A stretch of 64,000 nt of DNA from Callorhinchus milii. Lineage: Eukaryota. How positions within the stretch are numbered: the stretch's first letter is position 1; the number at the start of each line of letters is the position of its first letter. Location: contig NW_024704743.1 of the NCBI RefSeq assembly GCF_018977255.1, positions 31,746,001 to 31,810,000 of the forward strand, written 5' to 3'. The notes below the pieces were generated by a model. The model did no database searches, was not told the origin of the DNA, and saw only the letters and a program-made list of their open reading frames with translations. A program made the position numbers and the translations under genes. Shown one piece after another: positions 25,372-37,872 of this stretch.

Positions 25372-25735
25372 TAGTCTAATGGTTATGCTACTGGATTAAT
25401 ATCGCTAAGGTTAGGGGTTTGCATCCCACCGTGGCAGTTGCGTAATTTGAATTCCAAAATTGTAGTAATTTGAGCTTGAAAAATGACCACAAAGCTGCTG
25501 GATTGTTGTAAAAAAATCAACTGGCTCACAAATATCTTTCAGGAAAGACAATCTGGCATCTTTACGTAATCTGGACTATAAGAAACTACAGACTCGCACT
25601 ACATGGTTGACTCATAACACCCTCTGAAGTGGCTTAGCAAGTCACTCAGTTAAGAGAACACCCACCATGACCTTCTCAGGGTAACCAGAGATGGGTAATA
25701 AATGCCGTTCTGCCAACATTGGCCACATTCGGAGA
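25372..25735 (+). mobile_element. Old tRNA-derived SINE of a different family, with CR1-type tail
   Basis: A/B-box-like tagtctaatgg / ggtttgcatcccacc; body ggttgactc..ccctctgaagtggc.tagcaag.cactcagtt; end gatgggtaataaatgc..gccacattc, resembling a shark SINE as I recall it. Confidence 0.6.
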
Positions 25736-25959
25736 TCAGTAAAAACATAAACTCAATATTGTAATGATGATACTGTCCATTGGTATAATGTTCATTTAAT
25801 TTCAAGACTGCCTCTTTTACAACCTTAATGATGCCGACGCAAGCATCAACACGATTACCTTTGAGGCACCCTTTAGAGAAAAGCAGGTTGAGAGAGATAC
25901 GATCCATCTCTTTAAATTGCCGAGAGGCATAGGTGATGTGTATGGAAGAAAGTGAGCGC

Positions 25960-26265
25960 ACAGGTTTAAAATTAACAAGATTTAGGGAAAGCGAAGATTA
26001 GAAGAAAATTATTTTTCCTGCTGAATATTGAATGATTGACCATTCTGCCAGCAAAATCAATTGAGGCTGAGTCTATTAACTCCTTCAAATTAATCTATTA
26101 ATGTTTCAGATGTTTAACAGAGAGATAGACAGATGCTTTGGTATCAGAGGCATTAAAGAGAATGGTGAAAGGGGAGCACTGGGATTAAAAGATCTGTCAA
26201 GATCTAATAAATGTAACTGGCTCAATGGGATAAATGGCCTCCTTCTGTTCCTGTTTTCCTTTGTT
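25960..26265 (+). mobile_element. Old CR1 3' fragment
   Basis: ORF 26101..26301 FNREIDRCFGIRGIKENGE resembles the CR1 C-terminus FKTEIDRFLIAKGIKGYG; tail aatggcctccttctgttcct. Confidence 0.65.
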
Positions 26266-26361
26266 CCTAAAATGGGATATCGCTTACTCTTTTCCTGTTA
26301 ATTAAACATTTGATTTAAAGCATTGAGCTTTCTCTTCTGGCCTCTCAGTTCAGAATCTTGT

Positions 26362-27160
26362 TGATTCCATTCCAAACACGAGAATTTCCTTATGTAAGTA
26401 GGATGCATGGAACTCTGCTTGTTTTGGGTATGCTTAAATATGATAACATAACATGTAGGAGCATGTGTAGGTCATTCGGCCCTTCGAGCCTGCCCCACCA
26501 TTCAATCATGGCTGATCTTCTAATCTAACTCCAGCTAATAACCTGTCCCTGCCTTATCCCCATATCACTTAATCCCTTTTGCAATAAGAAATCTATCTAT
26601 CTCAGTCTTGAATATGTTCAACGACTGAGCATCAACAGCCCTTTGGGGTAGTGAGTTCCATACATTCACCACCCTTTGAGTAAAGACGTTCTTCCTCAAC
26701 TCAGTGCAAAAGGGCTGGCCTCTGATTTTAAGGTTGTGACCCCTGGTTTTAGTTTCTCCAACCACGGGAAACAATCTCCCACTATCTACTCTATCATGCC
26801 CTTTGATGATCTTATAGGTTTCTATACGATCCCCTCTAATTCTTCTATATTCTAGAGAATATAGGCCCAAGTTGGTCAGCCTATCCTCGTAACTCATCCC
26901 CTTCATCCCTGGTACTAACCTAGTAAATCTACGCTGCACCCCTTCCAAGGCAAGTACATCCTTCCTTAAATGAGTAGACCAAAACTGCACACAGTATTCC
27001 AGGTGTGGTCTCACCAGGGCCCTATACAGTTGCAGCAAGACTTCCCTACTCTTATACTCTAATCCTTTCATAATGAATGCTAATATACCGTTCGCCTTCC
27101 TAATTGCTCGCATGATGATGGGTTTCTGAATGTGTCAGACATCTGGCTGACCAAAAAAAA
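26362..27160 (+). repeat. Family X repeat 3' part (26362-26444 and 27112-27160), split by a CR1
   Basis: ggaactctgcttgttttgggtatgcttaaatatgat | CR1 | atgatgatgggtttctgaatgtgtcagacatctggctgaccaaaaaaaa. Confidence 0.75.
26445..27111 (-). mobile_element. CR1 3' fragment, same young subfamily as 9561; TSD atgat
   Basis: ORF 26565..27113 is nearly identical to 9629..10255; atgat at 26440-26444 and 27112-27116. Confidence 0.95.
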
Positions 27161-28113
27161 GCCAATTGATGGACTAAGTGAAATTAGTTTGGGCCGTTCC
27201 TAAGAGCACAGAATGTGCAGCACAAAGGTGTCCCTAGATAAAAGGATAGTGATGTGGGAAATGGGAATGTCACACTGTTGCAGTCAAAGTATTTTTCTGT
27301 GACTGGTATTAACGTACACTTTGGGGGAAGCATAAAGGGAGTTTTAATTTGCATCTGTCTGAGCTACGTATGATCTGAGTGCTTTCTGTGCTAATATTGA
27401 GGTAAAAGATTAAGTATAGAAGTTCACCAAATAAATTGAATTCTTAAATTTGCAGATGTGGAATGGGAAGGGTGATCTGAGCATAGTTTCTTTATATAGA
27501 AAGGAGGAAACCAAGACCATAAGAAGAATAACCTGATCCATTTGTATAAAATCAGCAACAGTTGCTGAATACTGAACAAAAGATAAAAAAATAGAATAGC
27601 AGTGAAGGCAATTATTTATTCAATGCAAATATGCTGTTTGTGTGACTGGAGATATTCAAAGCCTATTTAAGGCACCTAATTTCCATTTTCCCTCCGTGCC
27701 CCATACCTGCAGCTAATATTACCCTTTGAAAATCTGCATTTTTCCAATAAGCTGATATTTTCGCACATAACCTTTTTTACAAATCATGTCACAGCTGATA
27801 GCCAATCAGGAAATTGAATTGCCAGTGAGAGGTGATCTTTCACCTCTCTGTGAAATCAGCACATTAAGGGACTCGGATATTTTTTACAGTTTTGCTCCAT
27901 GTAAATGAGACGGCCAATTCAGACAGCGGAGTGTCAAACTAATGAGGCAGACATGATTCATATCCACTGAGAGCAAAGCAAAGCAAGCTGGCTGTGACTC
28001 AGACCATAGTGAGGCCTGCCTTTGTGGGCCATGTTCTGTTTGTTGCTCCGCAGTTATATGTCCACGTCATTCTATATTAAATACAAATTCATTGTTTGTT
28101 TATGTATTTCCAG

Positions 28114-28161
28114 TTCATCGATTGCGTCAATAATTTATGGTCCGTCTGCTTTCTGATTCAG
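28114..28161 (+). other. Candidate 48-nt exon
   Basis: tttgtttgtttatgtatttccAG | 48 nt | CAG/GTAAAC; one open frame FIDCVNNLWSVCFLIQ; no recognised homology. Confidence 0.3.
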
Positions 28162-28169
28162 GTAAACGT

Positions 28170-28510
28170 TAAGGGACTTGTTATTATTTCAAAGAAGAAT
28201 GGAGATTTTCTCTCAGATATCCTGGTTTATATTCCGCATTCATTCTGAAGTTTGGATTAATTGGGTACTCATCTCACTCTTGTGTGAGGATGCAAATTTG
28301 CGGCCTCCATAACAATATTCACTTAATTTCTAAATAATCTTATTTTACAGTATAATCCTTCCATTTGATATAGCACATTATCACATCGTAAAGACCTCTC
28401 AAAGCTCTTAATAGGATCTACTGTAAGGTATAGTGACTGCATTTGTAGGAGAATGCGGCAACTAATTTTCACACAGCAGTGTCCCTCAAGCAGCCATGAA
28501 GTGAGTTAAA
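28170..28510. mobile_element. Degenerate Deu-type SINE (+) followed by an antisense SINE 3' half (28351-28510)
   Basis: ttcaaagaagaatggagatttt..atcctgg; then tataatccttccatttgatatagc..gcagtgtccc. Confidence 0.6.
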
Positions 28511-28690
28511 CCACCAAGAGTGCTGCCACTGAGCTAGACTGACACTTGATAAATGAAATTCTTCTAAATGTTTTTGTTATATAAAGGTGAGACAGTGGAA
28601 GCAGAAAATGTTGTTTGTTTCCATAACAAATGAGATAGATTTCTGCCAGAAAATAATATCTCAGGATACAGTATATAGTTTGGCACACAA

Positions 28691-28780
28691 CATGTCAAGC
28701 GACTGCCAGAATGGTGGAAGGCAAACTAGATGGACCTTGGTCTTCTTTCACCTAGCAAATTCTTATGATCTTAGGTTCTA
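28691..28780 (+). mobile_element. Short LINE 3' end (CR1-like), partner of 17621-17699
   Basis: catgtcaagcgactgccag.atggtggaaggc.aact.gat.gacctt matches the reverse complement of 17621-17699. Confidence 0.6.
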
Positions 28781-28799
28781 AGTTTACAATCTTGCCCCT

Positions 28800-29030
28800 T
28801 GCACCTCCCCATACTGATTCTTACTATTAACCTGAGGAACAAGCAAATGAAAATGTTTAACATCCCATTTCGAGGACAGTATCAGTGACAACACAGCACT
28901 CCTCCAGTACTGCACAGGTCAGCCTAAATTACAAACTCATGTCCCAATGTGCACCTTGAACCAATAATCCAGACCTACCAGAGATGCTATCTAGAGACCA
29001 GAGTGTTAGTAACTGATTCAAACTGACACT
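28800..29030 (-). mobile_element. Degenerate Deu-type SINE 5' part
   Basis: gtttaacatcccattt..cagcactcctccagtactgcac..cttgaacc..caaactgacac. Confidence 0.55.
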
Positions 29031-30774
29031 TAAAAACTGAGATAAAGCGAAGGCAAAGAATAAAAGGAAAATAACATCAAATAATATTGTGTGCTGTAAA
29101 TGTGCAGGAATCGTTAATTTTGTTTAGGAGATATATTTTAGAATTTGTTTATAAAAGTTTGGTCAGAGTTACTGAGCAGCATTATCTTTGGTATCTAGTA
29201 ACAGGAAGGAATGACTCAGGCTTAGGTCATTTGAGAATAGCCATCTACACATAACACTGTACTGTATTCCACACACAAAGTGATCTGAACCACAGTGGAA
29301 CTAAACCATTGCCAAAGAAACAAATTCACACAGCCCCAAATGTGCTGAAAATTCTCACGGGGGTTCTGTGTCTCACTCTGATTTCGCATTTGTGGTTTAA
29401 CGGTTACGCAAAACACCAGCATCATAACCAGAATCTCCCTCCTTGTCCCCCCTTCGCCCAATATAGAACACCTGTAAGTAGCTGTTAAAGGAGAAGGAAA
29501 GTCTAGAAGGAGGAACTCTGAACAGGAAATGTTCTTTCTAGTATTTTCATCCCCGTTAAGTGTGCAGCCTTCCACAGATACCAGCATTGCAACAGAGCTC
29601 ATGGGTGTGATCACAGGTTACGTGCTGAGTTGAAGTTCACTTGGACCAACTACAACGGTTTGTAAATGGGAAGTTTGACAGCAGATAGAACCATGTCTTT
29701 GGTGCTTCACAGTCATCCAAAGAAAGGATGGGTTTGCCTACACACTGCACAATCACAGCACTTTGCAATATATCCCATGAAACACTTTGAGATATGCTCC
29801 TGGCATGAAAGGCACTATACCAAATGCTAGGATTATTACAATGACATCCATAGCTACTGTGACCTTTTAAGGGCACACTGACTACTGAAATCACAGTGCA
29901 GCTGTCATTGGCTCTCTGGTCAACAGTTCCTCTGAAATAAGCTTAAGACAATAAAATAAATTGTGCCACTTAATCTTTGACCTTCTCCCTGTTTGTTTGC
30001 AGTAATTGTTAGTAAAAGCATTTAGAATTGCAAAACTAATTGCTGTATAAAGTAAATCTCGAACCACAGCGGCCATTTATTTGGAGCTTGTTTAAAACAC
30101 AAGAAACTATTCTCATCCAGTAAAAGAGAATTGTCTAAAATGCAGGTGAGGCTATTACCCAGTGGTGATTTTGTAATCCTTTTAATTGTTTGTGGATTAC
30201 ATAATTCTAAGCACCTGTGCTTTGAACAGGGTTAACTCATTGCTACTAGGCCATGGTTTAATAGCCCATATTCAAACCACATTCTATTGTTACTCTTCAT
30301 TAAAACCCTGCTTCCTGTCACACAACAGCAGCAACTTGCATTTCTAATATGTCCTTCATGTAAGATAATGTCTCATATTATAGGGTCGTGCTTCACAGGT
30401 ACAGTGTTAGAACACTGAACGGGGGAGAGGGGTTGGGAGGTGCCCATAGGCATCTTAAAGAAGCCATAAGAAGCCATGATTTTCCTGTGAGACATTTTTT
30501 TCTCGTTATATCACTACACTGATACACACCATTATCTGTCAGCTATGCTGATGCCACTTAATAATTTTAAAGCAAAAAATGCTTCCTTAAACAAAAGATT
30601 ATTTCTTGATAAATGTACTATTTTTTGAGCAGGCTCAGTTCCCAATAAAATTTCCAATATAATCAGATGCTGCTAAAGGTACCACGATCCAAAATAAATT
30701 CAATTATTTCCAGTAGTTAAATGGTTTATTTAATTTTTAATATTTAATGTCATCCTTCCAGAATACACAAATCA

Positions 30775-30960
30775 ATACAATTTACATTTATTTAAAGACT
30801 TTCACGTCCCGAGAATGTCTCAAAGCACTTTCCATTGTTGTCTAGGCATCTGAGCTGGGGATGGGAGCCGAAGAGCAAGGAGTGGGGAAAGATGACCAAA
30901 AGCATGGACAAAGAGGTACATCTTGATCAAGGGGATGGAGTGAGCTAGTTGGAGAGACTC
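30775..30960 (-). mobile_element. Old L2 3' end
   Basis: tttacatttatttaaagactttcacgtcccgagaatgtctcaaagcac. Confidence 0.6.
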
Positions 30961-30968
30961 CAGGATGT

Positions 30969-31520
30969 AATAATAATACTTGCATTTGCTATAGCGCCTT
31001 ACCACGTCTTCGAGACGTCTCAAAGCGCTTCACAGAATATGCTGTAAAGTGAATTGACTGCATATTTTGTGGGCAAAATGCGGAGGTCGCAGAGGTAGGG
31101 TGGGGCAAGGTCATGGAGGGCTTTGTATGTGAGGACCAGGATCTTGAACTGGATCCTCTGAAGGATAGGGAGCCAATGGAGTTGGGCAAGAATGGGGGAG
31201 ATGGGATCGCGGAGTTTGGTACGGGAGAGGACACGGGCTGCAGAGTTCTGGATTATCTGCAGCCTGTGGAGGGAGGAGTTGGGAAGGCCGACAAGCAGGG
31301 CGTTTGCATAGTCGAGCCTGGAGATGATGAAGGCATGAACAAGAGTTTCAGCGGCCTGAGGGGTGAGGTAGTGGCGGATTTGGGCGATGTTACGGAGGTG
31401 AGGAAAGGTAAAGCGGGTCATGGCTTGAATGTGGGGGTGAAAAGACAGTTAAGGGTCGAGCAAGACACCTTGCCCAATGTTTTGCTCTGCCCGGAATCGA
31501 ACCCAGGTCTCTTGCTTGCT
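30969..31520 (-). mobile_element. SINE head / L2 ORF2 segment (31080-31467) / SINE tail chimera
   Basis: The minus strand reads B-box head ..ggttcgattccgggcagagcaaaacattgggcaag, then L2 HLRNIAQIRHYL..SRLDY..LHWLP..LAPPYLCDL, then gcattttgcccacaaaatatgcagtcaattc..(TTA)n. Confidence 0.88.
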
Positions 31521-32131
31521 TAATATAGAATATCTACCCTGTCATGTTCCCATTACAGCAAACTGTCTCTCAATTGCCCTGGCCTCCACTATTCTGCATG
31601 GTAACCTATTTTAACATAATTAAGGTAAAGAAATACACACAGAAAATGGTGGCTGTACTGAAATTGCGTTCACAGCCTTTATAAACACACATATTCTTTG
31701 AGACTCACTTTATGTGAAGTTCCCCACTGCTGTAATAACTATGTCAGACAACATTGCTTCATGCAGCAATTTAAAAAATAAAGAAAGTTTTACAAAATGC
31801 TTGAAATGACTCAATGAATTGAACCATATTTGTTGAATATAGATTCTGCAATATGGGTTGTATTGCCAATGAAAGTGGCTAATGTCTGATGTCAGGTTGC
31901 ATCAGAATATTATTGCTATTCACAGCCCATGTTTGCTGCGATACGAGCAGATGGTGTTAACCTAGCCCTAGCAATCCCTTGTGGTCCTAATAAGGTGATA
32001 TCAAAGGACCGATGTTAAATTATAGCTGTATGTTATATATGTTACATAATACCGTTTCAATATCTCCACCCAACCAATCTTCACCTAACCATAAACTAGT
32101 CCGAATTCTCATCCACTTCCCTTCACCTTCT

Positions 32132-32410
32132 TAATAATAATAATCCTCATCATGTCGTCAAAATATCTCAAAACACTTAACGGGATTTTACTGTGGAGTT
32201 GAGTGACCGTGTTTTATAGACTCACACGGCAGCCAAACAGGTATTTTTGTGGAATTGACCAATTGACCATGATTGATCAATTTTATTTGGGGGATTGCTG
32301 AACAGGACATAGGGAGAAACCTCCTTCTCTTTTTGATTAGTGCTAAGGATCTTTAACGTCTACCTAAACAGGCAGATGAAACTTTGGTTTAACATCTCAT
32401 CCGATAGACA
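32132..32410 (-). mobile_element. Degenerate Deu-type SINE
   Basis: taataataataatcc..tttatttgggggattg..caggaca..ggatctttaacgtc..ggtttaacatctcatccga. Confidence 0.7.
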
Positions 32411-32539
32411 ATTACCATTATATGTAGAACATTTTTATTCAGTTCAACATTTATGGACAATGTATTACAGGAAATGTAGCATGTAGTTAATAAGATTACA
32501 ACAAAGGAGACCTTTGTAGGTTTGTTATTGGTTTTGTTT

Positions 32540-32840
32540 CAGTCAGCCGGGTGTCTAACACACAAGGAAACCCATCTCTAAGCTTAAGAGTATCCAAACC
32601 AGACACCTGAGATTCCACATCTGCATGCAACCTTCCCTTCGTCTGGAATGGAAAGAGTGTACATTCTCTGGAGGGATGCACCCTGCTTATCTAATCCTGA
32701 AAAGAGGCAAGGCTTTGAGACCTCAGAGTCTTAACTGGGGTATCGTTGGAGTTTAACCAGCTAAAACCACGTAGCTTCCTATTGTGAAAAGTGGCAAGGT
32801 TTCCGCGGCTTGTCCAGCTAGGACTATCGAACTCTGCTTT
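32540..32840 (-). repeat. Family X repeat
   Basis: gtcagccgggtgtctaacacac..ggaaacccatc..aagagtatccaaacc..gtttaaccagctaaaaccac. Confidence 0.82.
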
Positions 32841-33689
32841 GGCCTGCAGGATTAATATGGCTTTGATGCTCAGAAATGAAGTCCTAAGTATTATATTGTA
32901 TTGTGTGGTTTTTAAAGGTCCAGTAAAACATACATTGGTTATCCCATCACTATTTGTCCTTTTTTAGTGCTTTATTACATTGATATTTGCAAAGAATGTA
33001 CATCATTTTCTATCAGTAAACAATGAATTGTTGGTGTCCATATGACATCCCTAATAAGAAAGAAAAACCTTTGTTTCTTCTAATATCCATAGTATACAAA
33101 TAGTACCGTGATGCCTGACTAAACACATATCCAAACCATGGATAATCCTGATTTAACCATAAAATTCCAATGAACATTCCCATTCGCTTTCATTATGTAG
33201 AAATTTCTGAGCCGTGCACAATATTTATCCAAGCAGAATATATCCTGGCAAATTAGTTGCGCCTTTGTCCAGATTCAGCTGAATTTCTTTCCCTACAAAC
33301 GGAATCCCCTCATCTTCGCACTGTTAGGTTTGAGACTCTAAAGTATTTATATATTCCACACAACACATATAGACAGCATGGTTATTTCCAGTACAGCATC
33401 AATTCCAGTAACCTTAGTACTTGTGACAACCGTGCAACCTTTCAGTGAGGTGGATGTTGCACCTCAACTGAAGGGACCTTAACAGTTAGTAATGTGACCA
33501 AAGCTTCAACAAAAGCACAGAAGTGCCAAAGATGGCATCATAAGCAGTGATATATCAGCCCTCATCTTGCACATTCAGGTTAACATTGTTGTATAAAGAT
33601 TACATGGGATGAAGGTTTTCTGAGTAAACAATCTTACTTTGGGGATGCTAATGACTCAAAAGAATCCCTCATGTTTTGTACTTGTGGTT

Positions 33690-33780
33690 GATAATAATAA
33701 TAATAATAATAGGTGCATTTGATATAACGTCTTATCACAACATCAAAACAGCTCAAAACATTTCACAGAATTTACTATAA
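33690..33780 (-). mobile_element. SINE tail fragment with (TAA)n
   Basis: (ata)n ggtgcatttgatataacgtcttatcac. Confidence 0.7.
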
Positions 33781-34018
33781 TTTTTTTTGTTCAGCCGGGT
33801 GTCTGACACATGCGGAAACCCATCACCATGCTTAAGAGTATCCAAACCAAGCTGAAAACTCCATTCATCCCACCTTACACGTGGAAATTCAAAAGATAAA
33901 TTGTGGTAATGGAATGCACCCTCTCTCCCCCTGCGTCCTGCTTACCCAATTCCGGAAAGTATTAGGCGCAGATTGGCAAGAGCTAAGGCCCGGGGACCCC
34001 AGAGTACTGCTGGAGGCT
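33781..34018 (-). repeat. Family X repeat 3' part with A-rich tail, cut by a CR1
   Basis: ttttttttgttcagccgggtgtctgacacatgcggaaacccatcaccatgcttaagagtatccaaacc..ggggaccccagagtactgctggag. Confidence 0.82.
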
Positions 34019-35215
34019 AGGAACATAGGATCAGGAGTAGACCATTCAGCCCCTCAACCCTGTTTCACCATTTAATTAAGATCATAGCTGATCTGTACCC
34101 CAACTAATCCTTCAATTCCAATTTCCCGCTTTCTCCCCATAACCTTGACCTACCAAAAATCTATCAACCTCACTCTTGAAGGTGTCGATGATTCCAGCAT
34201 CCACGGCCTTTTGGGGGAGAGAATTCCAGATTTCTACCACCTTTGAGTGAAAAAATTCTTTTTCACTCTTAAATGGCCTGATTCTAATTTTAAGACTATA
34301 CCCCCTTGTTTTGGATTCCCCCACCAGAGGAAATAGCTTCTCTGTATCGACCTATCGAATCCCTTTATCATCTTAAACACCTCAATCAAATCACCCCTCA
34401 AACTTCTAAACTCAAGGGAATACAATCCAAGTTTACGCAGCCTTTCCTCATAACTTAACCCTTTTAGGCCTGGTAACATTCTGGTGAACCTGCGCTGCAC
34501 CCCCTCCAGGGCCAATATAACTTTCCTGAGGTGCGGTGCGCAAAACTGAATACAGAGCTCCAGATGAGGTCTGACTGACGCTCTGTACAGCTGAAGCATC
34601 ATTTCGCCCCCTTTGTATTTCAGGCCCTTTGAGATAAAAGGGCCAAAAGCCATTCGCCTTTTTGATTACTTCTTACACCTGGGAAGTAGTTTTAAGTGAT
34701 TTGTGGATATGGTCACCCAAATCCCTTTGCTCCTCCACAGTTCTTAGTCTCTCCCCATTAAGAAAATATTCTGCTTTGTCTTTTTTCGATCCATAATGGA
34801 TGACCTTGCACGTACCTACATTGAACTCCATCTGCCACAACTTTGCCCACTCACTTAATCTGTCTAAGTCCCTTTGTAACTTCCTACTACCATTTACATA
34901 ATTGACTGCGCCTCCCAGCTTAGTGTTGTATACAAACTTGGATATAAAACTTTGCAGTCCTTCATCCAAGTCATTTATATATAAGGTGAAAAGCTGAGAT
35001 CCCAGTACAGACCCCTGGAGGACACCACTTGTCACGTCCCGCCAATCAGAGAACGTTCCCTTTATCACTACTCTGTGTTTCCTGCCTCCCAACCAATTCC
35101 CAAGCCACGTCACAAAGTACCTCCGACTCCATGCACTTCTATTTTCACTAATAAACCTTTGTGAGGAACGTTATCAAATGTCTTCTGAAATTCCATATAA
35201 ACAACATCCATAGAC
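34019..35215 (-). mobile_element. CR1-clade LINE RT/C-terminal fragment, older subfamily
   Basis: ORFs 34673..35113 ([31 protein letters not shown]) and 34234..34653 (VRPHLELCIQF); tail aggaacatagga on +. Confidence 0.93.
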
Positions 35216-35220
35216 ACAAA

Positions 35221-35560
35221 CGAGAAGCGAGAAGACCTGGGTTTGATTCCTGGGCAGGGTGAAACCTTAATCAATTTTCTTTACTCACACATCTCTGTTT
35301 ACCTAGTAGTAAGTCGGAACCCGGATCTTAGTTGATTGGCGGATTATTTTCTAGGGGTAATAATCCCTTCAAATAAAAATAAAATAATAATTTGGTCACA
35401 CAAACCACGACTATTTGTGGGACTGCTGTGCACAATTGGCTACCGAGTTTCGCCCAAAAAATATACAGTCAATGCATTTTACAGTATATTCTGTGAAGCG
35501 CTTTGAAACGTCTCGAAGATATGATTAGACTCTATATCAAATGCAAGGATTATTATTATT
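35221..35560 (+). mobile_element. tRNA-derived SINE, long subfamily, 5'-clipped
   Basis: gacctgggtttgattcc..tctgtttacctagtagtaagtcggaacccgg..tail. Confidence 0.9.
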
Positions 35561-35564
35561 AAAA

Positions 35565-35838
35565 GAGCAAATGAGGAGATTAGGAGAAATTGTTTACACT
35601 CAGAATAGTTAGGATATGGAATGTCCTGCTGGGAGTGGTAGTTGAGGCAGAATCCATATTAGCCTTGAAGAGGGAACTAGACAAATACAATACCGTTAAA
35701 AAGAGTCAGTTACAGGGGTATGGGGAAAGAGCAGGTAAATGGGACTGATAGGATTGGTTTTGAGGGATTACACAGACATGATGGGCCGAATGACTTTCTT
35801 CCGTTCCGTAAACTTCTATGGCTTTGTAGTTCTATGAC
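35565..35838 (+). mobile_element. Old CR1 3' fragment
   Basis: gttaggatatggaatgtcctgc..gggaactagacaaatac..gatgggccgaatgact..cttctatg. Confidence 0.7.
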
Positions 35839-35857
35839 AGCACTATATATATATATA

Positions 35858-36136
35858 TCTTGCAAGTGAGAGAACTGAATTTGATTCCCCGACAGGGCGA
35901 AACCTTGGGCAAGTTTCCTTACTCCACATGCCTGATAATAATCCCTCAAGAGAAAAATAATAATTCGTTATTTCAATCCACGACTGTTTGTGGGACACTG
36001 CTGTGTGCAATTTGCTGCTGCATTTCGCCCACAAATATACAGTCAATTCACTTTACGGTATATTCTGTGAAGCGCTTTGAGACGTCTCGAAGACGTAATA
36101 AGGCGCTATATCAAATGCAAGGATTATTATTATTAT
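35858..36136 (+). mobile_element. tRNA-derived SINE, intermediate type (no internal module, ctcgaag tail loop)
   Basis: ttgcaagtgagag..ccttgggcaagtttccttactccacatgcctgataataatccc..gagacgtctcgaagacgt. Confidence 0.9.
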
Positions 36137-36264
36137 AACAATACAGAGCTTCCCCAGTGCTACATTGAATTGCTAACCTGATTACAAGATCAATGTCACA
36201 ACCTTCTGACTCAAGCTCAAAGCAAGGGCGCTCCCAACTAAGCCAGGCTGACACTGAAACCCAC

Positions 36265-36630
36265 TAGGCCAAATAGATCTGAAGTTCGGAGGTTTGAATT
36301 CTGTGCTAAGTTAGCTGATATCAGCTGGGGCAGCATTTGAGCTATTCCAGTTGACATCAGTTAGCCAGGATTGCTGCTCCTGATCACCATCCTGAGAGCA
36401 TTGTCAGAGGTGTGCAGGCATGGACCCTGTGTGAGAGCAGCATTGGCCTCAGCTGTTATGATTTCCGAAGCCGAAAGTCCAGACAACACTGACTGTCAAG
36501 TCTAATAGATGAATAACGATCACTTGGCTGAGGTAACAAAGGGTGACCGGTGTCTGTGCAACTGTATCTCATTAGAAGGAAGAAAGGGGTCAGAAGAAGA
36601 GGAGCTGAGAACAGTGGAAGAGAAAAATTA
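36265..36630 (+). mobile_element. Ancient SINE, AmnSINE2-like
   Basis: ctgtgctaagttagctgatatcagctggggcagc..agccagg..gctcctgatc.c.atcc..ctcagctgt.atg..cacttggctgaggta resembles AmnSINE2 as I recall it. Confidence 0.6.
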
Positions 36631-37872
36631 GAGGAATAAAGACAAATAATCCATAAGTGCACACTAAGTGCCCAACCTACGTGTTACATAGGCTATATGT
36701 TGTTCTTGAGGGATTTATTACTCCACTTTCCTGCCCGGAGCACCAGCTGCCGTTCTTCAGGTATGATGCATTCTATCTGGTTTAATTTGTTCCCTGTCTC
36801 CTGTGACACTGGATAAAGCTTGTACCAGAGGACCTGCACATCTGAAATCACCCCAGTTGGTACAGCAAACAGCCTGGCACTGCACTAACTGGCTAACTCG
36901 CAGCCAGGATTGAGGCTGACTGTCCAGCAACAACTCCACATCAGAAATGGAGCCACTTGAGGTTTGGGGTTTAGTTTAGTTATTACACGGGGAATTCAGA
37001 GAGTTTACTCAATAAAACACTTTTTTAAAAATTTTTAATGATTTTAAAGAGTTCTTTGGAAAAAAAAGTGACGGGGATGTTTATTGATTTCTTCTTCGTC
37101 CATTGATGTTGGAAGAAACCTCTGAGTCATGGGGTACATGTTATTGCATAGATTTGTAACATGACTTGTTTAATAGGGAACTCAGAGTCACAAATAGAGA
37201 AACATTCTGGTAACTGGTAATACATCATGCTGAGCCGCAGGAACTCCATGTTTCAATTTCATTAAAACAACAACAACACATTTACATTTATACAGTGTCT
37301 TTAAGTCATGCGGATGTCCCAAGGCACTGAAATTCTTGGGCATAAATCACCCCAAATAATGTCAATGCCCAAAATAACAACAATTTTTGGAATAATGACA
37401 ATAATGTCGTTTGTTTCTTTGACATGATAGAAATTCACAGTGAAAACTGATTAATTGCAGAGCAAACATTCACAAGATTTTCAATGAATAGTTGCTCAGT
37501 TCCGCTGTACTCAGTAAGTTACTGCCCAGCAAAATAAACCAGTTAATATTGAAGTAATAAGGCACAGCACCAAGGCAGAGCATCTTCCTTTGTTTTATCA
37601 ATTTTTAATGAAACACACAGAATAAAGACAAAGACATTAATTTTTTAAAAACGCATGTGTTTAGATTATATATGATAAAATCTTGTATATATAATTAAGT
37701 TAAGCAAGATATATTCATAAATGCAGCAGTGTTTATCGAAGGCTGTTGAGATTCATCAATTACCAAATAACCTGATTAGGCGAACCAGTGTCACTGCTTC
37801 TGAATCCTCTGTTTAGCACAAATAGATGATTGTGTTGTAAAGTATTTAGATTGGTGGAGAGCTCAGTATAGT

